The position numbers were made by a program, and so were the translations under genes. The notes under the pieces are model-generated. The model did no database searches. It worked only from the letters and a program-made list of their open reading frames with translations, and was not told the DNA's origin. A stretch of DNA of 64,000 nt from Chlorokybus atmophyticus (taxonomy: Eukaryota > Plantae > Mesostigma and Chlorokybus algae), in contig RHPI01000249.1 of assembly GCA_009103225.1 (NCBI GenBank), positions 30,730-94,729 of the forward strand, given 5' to 3'. This document shows, one piece after another, positions 45,331 through 61,659 of the stretch. How positions within the stretch are numbered: the stretch's first letter is position 1; each line of letters starts with the position of its first letter.

Positions 45331-48300
45331 CCATGCTGCCATTGCCACTTTTTGGTCTAAGGGAAGACATTTAAGAGTATTCTATAGACCAGTATTCCAT
45401 ATCTGTCTATAGAACACTCTGGGACAAGAGTATTTTATCAACTTGTCTGCTATGTTGTTCATTGAGCTTGAGCACATGCCTGATCCCGAGGTTATTACAG
45501 CTTTGTTTGAGTCAGTGATGAATGATGAAGGAGTAGTGAGCAGCTACGATGAGTTGACAATGTGTGCATTCAAGATGATATTGCTTTTACATATATATTC
45601 AGCAATCGTGTACGTAGGCAGTTTGCTTGTCAAAATGTGCACATGCAATAAGATGCAAGCATCGATATGAAGCACATGTGTAGTTACGACGTCAACTTCT
45701 TGAATTACAAGTGCAATTAACGTGCTTCGTATTCTGCCATCTAACCACCACAAGCAAAACATGATGTTTTGTAGTAGTAACATTGTCATTATTAAGGGTT
45801 TTGTTATAATCGATTATCGAGCATTATGCTATAATGAATATAAGGGCAATTCACCGTAATCAAGAAAGGCACACCCCTATATTGCACCCTGCCCTTATTG
45901 AAAAAGGCCAAGTCTTGTTTGGTACAATCTACCCCTGCTAAGAGCATATTACTTATCCTCCTCGACTTTATGCTCTTGGCGGCCATATCGTCACGCTGGT
46001 CACGCTCTTTGCGTATCATGCCTGACCCCCTTTACTAGCATACCGCTCAAACTTGACATTGACTTGGATGTCAGCATAACATGCTCTGACCTCCTGTTCT
46101 CTTGAGGCGCAGTGCCTCTAGGACACTTGGTAATCTCAAATGCTATGCTACTAGCAGGGTTAGTCTCTTAAACGAATTCTCCGGTTTGTGACCGCCACAC
46201 CTCACTGACCTTGTGCGCCTTGTGCATCGTAAGTGCGCCTGCCCCCTTTTTATCGACGGTGCCCACCGATCGGGACTTCAACGGACGGCCCACCCCGTCC
46301 GTTCAGTCCGGCCACATTTCCTGGCGCTGCCGGTGAGTGGAATTGTTTGCTACCGACTGAATACGATCGTCGGATAACGAGATCCGACGGACTGCGCTCG
46401 TCAACAAGAGCTTGCTTCTCCTATGCAGCTCCGCAGCGTCCATTGTGGCGCTGGCAGCGGCGGCGACGGCGGCAGTCAACGACGATGCCGCCGCTGGCAC
46501 TGCCTTACAAGCGGCCGTTCTTTACCCTAGCTCTGCAAGCGCACGAGATTGAGGTACTTAGCTCAGTCGTTGTTGTAGATTGACTGCGATGAATCCAGCC
46601 AAGTTTGCCTCTGCTTGGAAGCAAGCTTGTCGTGTGGCAAGCGTGGCTTGGCGGAGCCTCTTCGTTCGCCTTGCACTTGATGTGCAGCGTTGGCGTGACG
46701 CAAGTTATTGTGCGATAGCTGCGTTCAATGTCAGAGTAAACAGTCAAACACGCTCAATGCTTGTTTAGCTCTTCGTTTCGCCTTATACTTGACAGTGCCA
46801 GTTTGTAGTGTCATGCGGCTGCTGGATGGCCTCCGCTTGGCACGTGCAATGATGATTTATGTCAGCAAGGTTTGCGCAAGTAGAGCAAGCTTGGGCGTGG
46901 TTGTCGGAGACCACAATTACTTTTGCAAGCTTGTTTGTGGTTGGCAAGGCGTGCTGCACCCAGCCAGCAATGCTTGACTGTGCACGGCTGTTGAACGACG
47001 TTGTCGTTGTTGTATGCCTGCATTGCTGTGCAGCCTGTCCATGATTCCACTCTGCCAGAATCTCAAGTACCATAAGTGCCGGTGTTTTGCTCAAGTATTG
47101 GCCATCATACTCACGCTGTCTGCATGTAGCCGTTGCTGGTTTGTCAGCCGTACTCTCGCCTCATGGCAGTGGAAAAGTACTTTTACTAATATTGTTTTGA
47201 TTTTGTGTGCAGGAGGACTTGGCAGTCATCATCTCAAACACCAAGAGGAGGCGGCGCACATCACCTCCCACATCTGCACCAAGGAAAACGCAGCAGGCCG
47301 GGGAGGGCAAAAACGGCAGGGAGCATAGTTGATGCTTTGCTGAAACCATAACGTCCACCATTCCTGTTGCCCATCAGGTGTGCACAGCCGAATGGACACG
47401 TTGGTTGTTTGCGGTGCTGTTCAGGCAGCATTCCGGACAGTTTTGCTCCCTAAAATCTGTTGTCGAGTTTTCCTCTCGGTAAACAGTTATTGCTGTTCGT
47501 GAACTTCATGCTGCCTGCTGTCCAACAAAGCACAAGTAGCACATGTGTGGCGTTGTACTATGCCCTTATCAACCCCTAGGAACCAATGCTGCAACCCACC
47601 TACCATGTTAAAATAACTCATCGCCAGTGTGTGTTGCAGGAGTGCAAGGTTGGCGCGTTGACCCTTGGTCTGTATTATGGCGCCACAAAGTATATGGCTA
47701 AAGGTACAGCCAACAGCACACTGCGAGTTCACCCCCTAGTGTTCTCCGACATGTTGTGCAGCTCACAGTAGTGTTCTGACTACGTGGTACCCTTCGACAC
47801 ATGACATTTGCTGGCATGGTATCACCACTTAGCTGGCAAGGACATGTGTCTTACTGTGATTTGGAAGGCTAAAGTTGAGGCTGCCAAGAAGCAGGCAGCC
47901 AAAGCAGCAGCCCCACCTGCCATCTAGCACCCGAACACCATTGATACAGCAATAATGCCGTGTTGACTAGGAGTTGAGCTGCCGCCGTAATTGACGACCA
48001 TACATTGCACCTCTATTGATGCGCACTACGCAACGCGTTGGCGTTGGTCGCTCTACTGCTGAAGTCGTTAAGCAACATTAGACATCGCTCTTTATGATAG
48101 GATAAGCGCTCAATGATTCGTGTCTTGTCCACGCTCTGTCCTTCACACAGTGGGTGTGAGTGTGCAGGAGCGGGTGTGTGCATCTGCGCATGCCGCTTGT
48201 CGGCTGTTTGGCTGGAGCAACTGTGCATCAACGTTCGGCATATGTATAGCAAACAGGGCGGTACAAGGAAAGTCTGTGCAGAGATGCGGTGTCTATTTAT

Positions 48301-48732
48301 TGCATATGTGACTGTTGGGCAGCGAGGCTTGAGATCGCACAGAGCAGCAGGACATGCAGCTGCAGTTTGCTTGCGGTCATGGTGCATGCTGATTACAAAA
48401 CTGATGAAGTCGGTGCATAGGCTTTCCAGCAGCTGCAAAGCATAGTTGTGGGCGCTTCAGTGTGGAGATAACTTGTAGCGCTTGTGCTGTGGCATGTGTA
48501 TGCAAGGCGCTTATTTTGAGAACTCTTTGCGTAGAGTAAAGCATTGAACAGAAACATTATCATCACAGCTTGCAGCCATAACAGCAGCAGCTGCAACTTG
48601 AGAAAGCAGGACAACAACCTCAAAGAGCCCTTTGCGCAACTTGGGAGCGTCGCTCAAGCCATAAGCTCCTTGTAAATGATAGGACGGGATGACAGTACGT
48701 AGCTTGGTGTGACGATGTTGCATACTAGTGTA

Positions 48733-51066
<2,334 letters not shown>

Positions 51067-52499
51067 AGCTCACTCTCCGTGTTGTTGTTGTTGTTGTCTC
51101 TGACAGTAATATTCTCAATCAATGCGCCCCCCGAGCAGGTGGAGGCTGGCGCCAAAGTCCGATGTAAAGCTGCCGTGCTCCGTCTCTTCCTAGCAATGCG
51201 TAGCCGACAGGCGTAGCAGCAGCCGACGACAGCAACGGCAGCTATGGGGAGCAGCAGCTGGCGGCGGCGGCGGCGGCGGCGGTGTGTTGGTAGTATTGAA
51301 CAATGAGCTGGTTTGTCTGCTGTGTTCCAATAAGGGAGTTCTTAAGATTTGGGCCGGGCGGCTGCGACAGTCGTATCAATCCAATGATTCGGCGACAACC
51401 GGCTGCTCTGGGCCAGGGAAACGTTTTGAGTACGTAGGACGACGCCGTCAGACTCATCCCATGATTGAGGCGGTGGGCTGCGGCTGAGGCACGGCGCCGT
51501 TTCGACCCCTTTGTGCCTCACCATCGAAACGGGAAACGAATCCGCCCTCTGGCTAACCGACAACGTTGCAAAACAAATCGGTCAACGTCGTCGTATCCAG
51601 CCAGCGCTTTCGGTTACGCTCGCACAGTCACTACATTGCAGACGACACGAGGCGGATATTTTATGTCTGTATAGAGGACGGGCCAAATGAAGGGTCCGTC
51701 GCACAAAAGCGAACCTCGCCATTCCCCGCGGATATTTAGTGTCCATTGCGGTTATGATGTGTCAACGAGCAGATCTACGCGGCCTGGCTTCAAGAATCAT
51801 GAGTCACCCGCGGCCTCTCGCGTAACTGCCGCCGACTGCATCGGCGTAACCGAAAGGGCGTATCGGGGACAACTCTGGGCGGGAGAAAAGGCCAGCAACC
51901 CAAAAAAATCGGCAGCAAATCGTTGCTGGTAACCGTATCATGGTTGTAAAAAGCAGCGCGGTTAAAGTAGCACAGTCAACTGGACAGAGTGTGCAGTGCT
52001 GAAGGCACGTGATGTGCTGCCATCAACACTCCGTACCGGATGGCGTCAGGCCCTGCTGCAGTGGCAGTGCCCTAATCAGTGACGAACCCCAACTGTCTCC
52101 ACGCGTCGTACACTGCCAGCCGGTCTGGGAGGCAGTGACTGTCCGAGTGTGCTGACGGCGCTTCACCATATGGATGGCCAGCAACGGCCGCCATATGCCC
52201 GATGCACGAGCACCACGAGCTGAGAGGCAAGTGGCAGGATGCGCTTGTCGTGTGTCATTGAGCTCAATCACAAGCGCCTTGTGGGTGAGCAGACCGATTC
52301 TTAAGGCGACCGACGGTATTTACTGCAACTTGACCGCTATGATCCGGCCGGTGTCGATGCAGTGGGCTGATTCGTAACCGACGTGAGGAGGCGTAACGTA
52401 TGGAATACTTTCGTTGTGCTGAACTGCTGAAAGAACAGACCACTGGCTATAACGTTTGCTGCAAAATATCCATGCTTATGACCTTTCTTAAAGGGGTCA

Positions 52500-52750
52500 G
52501 TAACTCCGAGTTACGGCAAAAGGCGCTATCAGTTGCAAAGGACCCCCTCATAACGGTGGAACTCGCTGATTTTTATTGCCAACATAAGGCACGAGCTGAT
52601 ATTTTAGAACACGTCATAAAGGTGTTGGTAACTCCGAGTTACGGCAAAAGGCGCTGCCAGTTGCAAACGACCCGGCTCATAACGGTGGAACTTGCTAGAT
52701 TTTTGTCTCAGCATAAGGCACGCGCTGATATTTCGGAACACGTAATTATG
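52500..52750. repeat. Tandem duplication of a 128-bp unit starting with the palindrome GTAACTC-C-GAGTTAC
   Basis: Units start at 52500 and 52628. Confidence 0.88.
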
Positions 52751-53046
52751 GCGATACGGCGAGCAGAGGGTCGTTTACGTTGCACGCCGACGAATAGCTA
52801 GTTGCCGCGTGCGTGCCACGTGGAAGCTGCAGTGTGCATGACACATTGCAAGGGCCCGTCCAGCCATGACAAGGTTGAGCGCTCAACATAGCACTCATTC
52901 CCATAAGGTACATTGTAATGGGGCTTGCATGGAGCTTTGGGACGTTTTGCAATATACCATATTTCGTCAACTTTAACATCCCCCCCACCACCCACCCACC
53001 CTTTTTACTACACCCCATTCATGGGGGGAGGCAGGGGGGGTGGGGT

Positions 53047-53186
53047 NNNNNNNNNNNNNNNNNNNNNNNNNNNNNNNNNNNNNNNNNNNNNNNNNNNNNN
53101 NNNNNNNNNNNNNNNNNNNNNNNNNNNNNNNNNNNNNNNNNNNNNNNNNNNNNNNNNNNNNNNNNNNNNNNNNNNNNNNNNNNNNN
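53047..53186. other. Assembly gap (N run)
   Basis: 140 N. Confidence 1.
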
Positions 53187-53518
53187 GGTTATGTGAATAG
53201 GTAGCAACCGGGGGGCTTTATTTGTTAGGGGTTTATCGTCATGTATAATACGGTGTTTAAACCAGCATGGTACGATGCGAGCCGCACGCGTTATTGAAAA
53301 ACATTTTGACTGACGAAGATATTAGTATTGATATGCGCTGTGGACTTCTTATGAGACAATTGAGAATGAAGTCACGGTTGAATATGTTAAGATAATAAAG
53401 GCACGTGCATACTTATGAGATCTTCTCATTCAAGAGTACATTATTGGTGTGTATGGCAACCCTTAATTTGATATGCGTAATATAGTGATTAGTCAATAAA
53501 TGATTCAAGCTCCAACCA

Positions 53519-53568
53519 CCTGCTTTCGTATGTTTACGAGCCTCCTCTCGTAAACATACGAAAGCAGG
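53519..53568. other. Perfect 22-bp inverted repeat with a 6-nt loop
   Basis: CCTGCTTTCGTATGTTTACGAG-cctcct-CTCGTAAACATACGAAAGCAGG. Confidence 0.95.
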
Positions 53569-54079
53569 CTCGTAACTCGGTAATGAATATGATGGCAAAT
53601 GCAATCTATTAAATGGGTAGCGCAATGGAATGCAAGTTCTTGATGGCGGGAATTCTTTCTCAGCTAATGTGCATACGTTGCAAGTCGGTTAAGCAAAGTT
53701 ATTTATTCGCTACATAACCAGTGAACCTTTACTCATCACGACCTATAACGAGGTTGCTTGATGGCACATATCTCATACAACGGTGCATGTATGTGCAAAT
53801 TTTGTTGAGTGCAGCGTGAGGGCAAATAATTTGAAATCATAATAATACCGTTGCAATGTCATGTTGAGGAGATGGCGGTGGGGGTGATAGTGGTTACATG
53901 GTGTGGCCAGCGATGTAAATTGCACCGATCATAACAATGGTAGCCAACAATGCACAACAACGCCCTCCTGCCTACACGGTTCCATCCCTCCTCATACCAT
54001 GACGAGGGTATATCAATGGTGCGTATTGTCTTAAGGGTGCCACATGCTATGCTAGCTAAAATTACCACTTCTTGCAATG

Positions 54080-54730
54080 TACATGTATATATATGTATAT
54101 GTTTACATATATGTACATGTACATGTGTGCGCATATATATATATGTATATGTATACATATATATGTATATATATACACACACATATGTATATATATATAT
54201 ACATCTATATGTGTGTATATATATGTATTTGTATATATATAACTATATTTATATAACTATATATAGCTATATGACTATATATAACCATATAACTATATTT
54301 ATAACTATATATACATATGTACACATGTTGAATACAGCGTGCGAGGCACATTGCTAACTTAAGATGCATTTCTTTTGCCTCTATCCTGTAAGTAGCTTCA
54401 GCTTTGCACATACACACGCACACACACACGCACACATACACGCACAAACACTCACACACACACACGCACGCACGCACGCACCCACACACGCACACACACA
54501 CACACACACACGCGCATAAACACATAAACACATATATATATGTTTGTGTATGTATGTACATATATACGTATGTGTACATGTGTGTGCGAAGCTATAGCTG
54601 CTTACAGGATACGTACAAAATATGCATATCAAGTTAGCAACGTGCCCTGCACGCTGTATTCAATATTTTGAGTATTGTGTGATTACATACCGTACATATA
54701 TATACACATATATATATATATATATAAATA
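54080..54730. repeat. Compound (TA)n/(CA)n low-complexity tracts
   Basis: Directly visible. Confidence 0.9.
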
Positions 54731-55149
54731 TATTACAAGGCATGCTTATGTGCTTTTATATAATCCTAACCAACAATCAAGTTTCTTGCAGTTGTGACAC
54801 TGATCAGCCTACTGCACGTGCATGTCCCATAACATGTGACACAATATGCCTTCATATACTAGTAAATAATATAAATATATATTGGTATTGATATTGGCAA
54901 TACCCCACGTCCCCCTTTTGTATGTATTGCGTTATGTTATAAGTATACATCATAAGTAATTTATGATAGAGTTGTGAGCCTTATGCCAACACATGTGTAA
55001 TGTGCTGCATAATGTTACATTTGAATTGCATTGTACCAAAAATGCCCAGCAGTATCAAGTGTCAATGTGTGTAGTCTGCACAAGCATGCGATTTGCACCC
55101 GCTGCAAGCAATTTTTTAAAGCATGCATGATACGCATGACAATTAATTT

Positions 55150-56150
55150 TGAAGATTTTGTCTCAGGATGAATTCATACGTATTAGGAGACGGATTGATT
55201 GCGATGTGCAGTATCAGTTCTTAATGATGACAACATTTAATTGATTAAATGATATTAAAACATCAAATCAAAAACAAGTTTTAATAGTAATACTTTAGCG
55301 GCGCTTTCCATCAGGTATTCGGAGGAAGCACCCCGGGCTATTAGATACGCATACCAGGTTAATATGGTGGTGTTATTGTAACACCATGCTTTGCAACGCG
55401 TCATGATTGTATTTCAATTATTGTTTCACAACGTTCGACACGCTGTATGCAATTGTGCAATCTTTACGCTTGGAATGTCCTGATGAAGTTATGCAGAATA
55501 AGGGGTTTTCTCGAGGCGGTTGTACAAATGACTTGATTGTCAACATGTAGCAGCTTGCCGATTACATGCGTGCAATTCTGTGCGGCTAGGCGAAACATTA
55601 CATATTCATCGATTATTTTTAACTGATAGTACATGTAAACGTAAATGTGACATTATTATTAATGTCACACTTACGGCTTACGCGGGGCATCTTGCACTTG
55701 GTTGTGAATGCCGATATATGTTTTATTAGCAATTGAGGTGTTGTTCATGTTATGCCACCATCGTTGGTAACGCTTTGTACATATTATTGTGTTGCAATGC
55801 ACAATATGTTAATCATTTGAAGTGCAACACACAATTGCTTAATAATTTCAGACGCAAGGGATGCACAGCAAAAGCTATATCAACACATCTACATGTATAG
55901 CGACAGTTATACCATTGTACATGGCTACAGAGGTTGGTAGCCAAAGCTGATGTGCGCGCATAAAGTGGTTATGCAGCTGATCAGGTATGCGGTACTCATG
56001 AAATGGTTGTCACAACCAGAGGTTAATAACCTCTAGCACAAGAGCATGGACAATTCTGTTACAAGGCATGTTTAACAAAAGCTTAAATAGACCATCATGA
56101 TAACAGACGCAATAAACACAATGATGATATTATTACACATGTTATGATTG
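55150..56150 (+). mobile_element. Possible PIF/Harbinger transposase remnant in an AT-rich block
   Basis: Weak fragments LSQDEFIRIRRRI, LHLVVNADICFIS (compare LQAVCDADxxF) and MFNKSLNR in plausible order; very degraded. Confidence 0.3.
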
Positions 56151-56851
56151 TGTTTCGATTTAGGCTTTAAGGAGCCAATGTGGCTCTTGTTCCTTATGGC
56201 TGGAAAAAAGGCCATCAAACATGCTAAATTTACCCCCTGAAAAGGCCACACTTTGGCTCATTTATCTCCAATATTGAGATACTGGAACCACATTACGACG
56301 AAATCATGCGCATACATTATGCATCTCATTGATACAATGGCGTGCATGTTAGAGACTGTGGCTCTATTCCTTGAAATGAGATTAGTTTCAGAGCCACTAC
56401 GGAGCCAATGCAAATTCCTTAGCAGGAACATTGGTGTGGTGATGTCTTATGGGTCCTTGCATCATCATCGCAAGCTGACCTTCATCTTCATCATGACATA
56501 GTTAGTGACATTGGATGTAGTGCTGCACCACTGGTTCGTTTAACAGCATACTCAGGTCCGCTCTTTATCCTTATAGCAAAGCAGGCGGCTGTGGCGGCGG
56601 CGGCGTGGCGCTTGTCGTTGGTGTCGGAGGCGCCGTCGACAGGGACGTCATTGGGCCAGGCAGGTGTATTGAAGCTAACGATCTAGAGCCGAGTGGCGGC
56701 GCATGCACTGATGAGGAGACGAAGGAGGGAGCGGCGGCGATGGTAGGGTTGGCCAGGCCGTAAGTGACAACAAAGCTGCTACGCTGCTAGCAGCAAGAAA
56801 GAAACAAGGGTTGCCTCTGGGCAGGGAGGGTGTTTGGGAAAGTCTGAAGCC

Positions 56852-59319
56852 ATGAGCTTCCATAAGAGGCAGCAGCAGATGTGCCCCGAGTGCAAGGAGG
56901 AGACGGAGATTGCGGAGGACCACTCGGCAGGCGACATGATATGCACGGTAAGTATACAGCACCAGTCATTATGAAATCGAAAGTCGAAATTGAGCCAATT
57001 GAGCAATCCGCAGCATCCACTGGACATTATGCAAATAGCACTCACCTTATTAGGGTGGCCTTGAGACCACACACTGATCACGCAAGAACGCCAAACCCGA
57101 ACCCTAAACTCATGATATGCTTGTTCCAAATGTATGGTCGGAGTTGCGTACAAGGTGCTCTTTTGTTGCTTCATTGACAGAGTATAATAATTGTAATGAG
57201 ACATTTGGCCAATCAGAGACGAATGTTCTATTGGCATGGAGCTCTTGTTCTCATTTGTTCAACTTGGTAGTCAATGTATCACTCTTTTGTCGTCGGCATT
57301 GTGTCCCGCAAGCGCGTGCAGCTGTGCACTGTATTGCAGCGCATTGCAGTTGTGATTTGTACTGTTATCAGACGGTTGAGTTGGTGTCTCTACTATGCTT
57401 TCTGTCCTCACTCATGCGTAGATATGTTCTGGTTGGTCTTGTGCTTAGAAGGTAGTCGGAAGACACACCGTCTAACCAAGTTTCAACTATTCAACATATG
57501 GGTAACGAATAAAGGGTATTTCACAATGCAATAAAACACGCACGAATTGGATGCGCGTTGTGCTACCACAAGCACACACATGCACATGTGCACACATACA
57601 CACGCGCGCATGCATGCACGCTCTCACACGTGTGCATTCTGCGCAGCAATGCGGTCTTGTTCTCGAGGCTCGCGCGATCGACGAGAGCTCCGAGTGGCGC
57701 ACGTTTACGAACGAGTCTCCCAACAACGACCCCGTGCGCGTCGGCGGCCCGCTCAACCCTCTGCTCAGCGACGGCGGACTCTCCACCGTCATATCCAAGA
57801 CGGGCGGAGGAGCCGACGCGGCAAACTTGTCAAGATGGTCGAATCGATCGTCGAACCCGGACCGGAACCTCATCAACGCGTTCAAGGCAATCGCAGGCAT
57901 GGCAGAAAGGTAGGTGCACCCAACGTTCTTTGTATGTCATCGCAAGCGCGCCAGATCAGGGGGCTGCTGGTTGTTCAATGTCCCTGCTCACCACGATGGT
58001 GTACATTCAGGTTGAACCTCGTGACCACCATAAAGGTATGCGAACATGACAGCAACAAAGGAAGAAGAAGAAGAAAAAGTCACTGCGTGTGTCTGTGTGT
58101 GCTCGTGCATACGTGCGCTCACGTCTGTCATAGTGTAGACGATTGTTTTTGTGGTGACACACTTGTGCAGGACCGGGCGAACGAGATCTATAAGCAGATA
58201 GAGGACATGAAGTCGATACGCGGGCGCAGTCAGGATGTCATCCTCGCAGCGTGCTTGTACACCGCGTGCCGCCAGGAGGAGATGCCGCGCACGTTCAAAG
58301 GCAAAGCGATCGCGGGACGTGTGTTTGTTGTTGTCGCGCACTAGTGCTGACGTGTCTGTGTATGTGCTGCGTGCTGGCAGAGATATGTTCTGTTGCGAAA
58401 GCATCCAAAACTGAGGTGGGGCGCTGCTACAAGCTTATAGTGGGTCAGCTCAACCAGGCGATGGGTACCATTCGGGCAGAAGACTACCTGGTCAGAGACT
58501 GTGAAACGTTTGGCACCACACAGCCTTCATTGACACTCTATCTTGGGGGGTTCAGAGTTGTGATGCCTGTTGTTGTTTGCATGTGCGCAGCGGCGGTTTT
58601 GCTCCCACCTGGGCCTGTCGCATGACGTCATACGCGCGGCGACAACGGTGGCTGAGCGCGCCAAAGACATTGGCATTGCCACGCAGTAAGTCTTGGCCTG
58701 TCGCTGTGTGCGCGCGCGCCTTTGGCCTATGCTTGCGCCTGTGCTTGCATGTGCACATGCGTGCATATAAGCAGGCGCGTATGTGCGTGTGCGTATATGT
58801 GTGTACATGCGTGTGGATGATTGAGCATGTGTATGCCGTGCGCATGCATGTGCATGTGGTGGCGTGCGTAGTCGCGCGCGCATATGTTGCGGTTGGGCAA
58901 GTACGCGCGCGCACACATGTGCGTTCACCATTGCACTTTTTTAGCCTTGTTGTCAGTGCAAGTTGGTGAAAGGCGGATTTGCGTCTATTCTGTTAAGGCA
59001 AGGTAATACCTGCTGATTGCTGGGGAAACGCACCGCAGGAAGAGCCCCATCTCCGTGGCCGCTGCGGTCATCTTCATGGTCGCCCAGTTGTCAGACACCA
59101 AAAAGGCCCAGAAAGGTACTCAATTGCTGTCCATATTGACTTTCCTGCATCACTCCCACACACTCGCAACTATGTGTATTCACAGATGTGTCGATGGTGA
59201 CGGGCGTGTCGGAAGTGACCATCCGCAATGCGTACAAAGATTTGTACCCGCGGGCGGGAGAGCTGTTACCTGAATGGTTTGCGTCGCCCGCCGCCGTCAA
59301 GTCGCTCCCTGCGCCTTGA
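56852..59319 (+). CDS. TFIIB: Transcription initiation factor IIB (8 exons, 309 aa)
   Basis: Exons 56852-56947, 57647-57909, 58011-58035, 58171-58300, 58381-58490, 58591-58685, 59039-59115, 59186-59319 (930 nt). Zn ribbon CPEC...[62 protein letters not shown]. Confidence 0.97.
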
Positions 59320-60233
59320 TTGAGAGTAAAAATGTGTACATAAAGAAGCCGCGCACGTGCGCGCGTTCATGAGGCATACAGAGTGCATGTTGTGGCTACA
59401 CTTTGTGTGATCGGTGTTGTGGGCATCACTGGCGGTGACAACCACTGTTTGGTGTGATGCGAGATGGTTATGTGAATAGGTAGCAACCGGACGGGTATTG
59501 ACCATGGTGTCCTTGATTATGAATAAGAGGAAATTATGCAGTCGTGATCTGGTTTATGACATAAAGCTGTTGAAGTTGTTATTGTCCACTGTATTGGTCT
59601 AGGTATGTCATAGCCCCTACATCTGCCTTGTGTGCTCGCTGAACACAATCTAGCACACTGTCTGTTGTACACATGTACATGCATGTCCAACGCGGAGGGC
59701 CAGTACATGTTGAGTAGTGCGGTAGATGTTAGCCCGACGGTAACTACTCTGAGGTGTATAGTACTGTGCATGCAGCGCTTGAGTGGTGTGCGTGTTGCAT
59801 GGTGCTGTGTGTGCGCAACAGCACGTCATGTAATGTACACATGGACATGAAGCCCTGTCGTAGGGGTTGAGTGCTTGCCAACAACTCATGCAGGCGCCCC
59901 TGCGCTTCATTGTAGTGTAATTGCACAGCACTGGAGATACAAGCACGAGAAGGCTGTTGCTAGGGGCACTCTTGCATCAATTCCTAGTGTTGTGTGACTG
60001 AAAGACATCTTACAGTATACATAGTCAGCCAAACATACTGAAGAACATGTCACAAGTGCTTGAAGATAGAATACAGTCCTAACCAAAGGGGTGGAAATCC
60101 CAGCAAATGACCAGCACTTTTTCAAGCTCTCCACAACTTATTTATGTACAGCACAGCTACTTATGTTTATTGGAAACCCCACTACACATGTCAAAGAAGC
60201 CCTCGACGACAGATCAGCGCAGCTAACCCGTCA

Positions 60234-61659
60234 TCACATCATATGCATCCTGCGCATCATAAAATGCAAGTTAGTTCCTTGGTCAATCAAACTGCTATAA
60301 TGATGCGTTCCGGTTGCCACTCGCAACTAACGCGCGCGTGCGTGTGGCTGTGTGCGTGTGTACGTATATGTATGCGTTGCCGCATGCGGATGCTTGTGTG
60401 CCTGCATGTGTGCACACGCACGCACACGTGCGCCTGTGTGTTTGCGGGGGGGGCGCGTGTGTGTGCTCGTCTGCGCATGCGCACGTGTGCATATGTGTGC
60501 ATGTGGGCGTGATCGTTGGCGTGAGCATGCGCGCATACCGCCACGATCACAACCAGCAGCAGTCCCAAAGCGAGTGATTATTCTTACTTGAGGGTATGCT
60601 GCGTAGCCTTGCGGACGCGGCACTTTATGGTCTTCATTCCCAGCCTCTGATGCGCCTCATACCGATGACACCCAGAAAAACCTGACCGACCCCCACAACA
60701 TCTCATGACTCTATCACCACCAACACAGCAGGGTATGATGTCCAATCCAATACATGTTCTTTGCTGCCTCTCTGTCTCACTATAAGCGTGCTGGTTTGTT
60801 GTGATGCTTGTCTGTGCATTGCTACCAGGCCTTACCATAGTATTTGCCGTCCACCTCTAGCACATCGATCTGAGAACACGCCGTCATGTATTAGAAGAGG
60901 GAAGACATCAACAAGTTTGGTGGAGCAAATCAGCAAGAGAGCCAAGTTTTTTGCCATTGTTGTTGTTGTTTGCATGCATGCACACGCGTCAGAAACTTCC
61001 AAGCATGCGTGCGTGCATGGACGCATGGTTGGATGATCACACTATGTGTGTTGCCATCTGCGCGCATGCGTGTGGGGGTCTACGTGTCCGCGCGTCTTGC
61101 CTGGCGTGTGCTTGCGCTTGTGCATGCACATGTGTGGCGTGAGCTTGCAGGCGATGATGTGCAACAACAACAACCGCAGCTGCTTACCGGTACTTGTAGT
61201 CCAATCTGTTGTATGCTTTCCATGAGGTCCAACACCTTCTGCTCGTCGTTGGCTCGCGTGCGACGCAGAGGACGCCTCACAGCCTCGAGAGGAAGCTCCT
61301 CAACCCTCACATCTACAGAACAACACACATACATGTGATGTAGACCCCCCACTTGTCCCAACACCCACAACACCTTCCTCATCCTCATCCTCACCTTGTT
61401 TCCTGCGCTGGTAGTCCATCAAGTGGTTGTTGTTGCTGGTGTCGGTGCCGTTGTCGGTGGAGGCCGAGGCAGAGGCGGCGGTGGTGGTCGCAGGGTTGCC
61501 CATCGGCCTGGGCCGCCAGGAGAGGCGGCGGCAGCAGGGGCCGGGCCTGCTCGGGCCAGACAGCGTCGACGTGGCCACCCTGCTCAGGCCGGCTCGCGTC
61601 CCAGGCCAGGCCAACGAGGAGGTGGCGAAGGAGTGCTGTGCGCCTAGCAGCGCCTGCAT
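60234..61659 (-). CDS. SRX: Sulfiredoxin with a probable plastid transit peptide (5 exons, 177 aa)
   Basis: Exons 61659-61395, 61312-61188, 60869-60836, 60681-60588, 60249-60234 (534 nt); LMESIQQIGLQVP-IDVLEVDGKYYGFSGCHRYEAHQRLG with the catalytic FSGCHR motif. Confidence 0.95.

Noticed and set aside
46480-47330. Possible degenerate multi-exon gene (MPPLALPYKRPFF...)
   Set aside because: No consistent spliced frame or recognisable domain could be built
52400-52801. 133-aa ORF with an internal repeat
   Set aside because: Explained by the 128-bp DNA duplication, whose period is not a multiple of 3, so it is not a protein repeat
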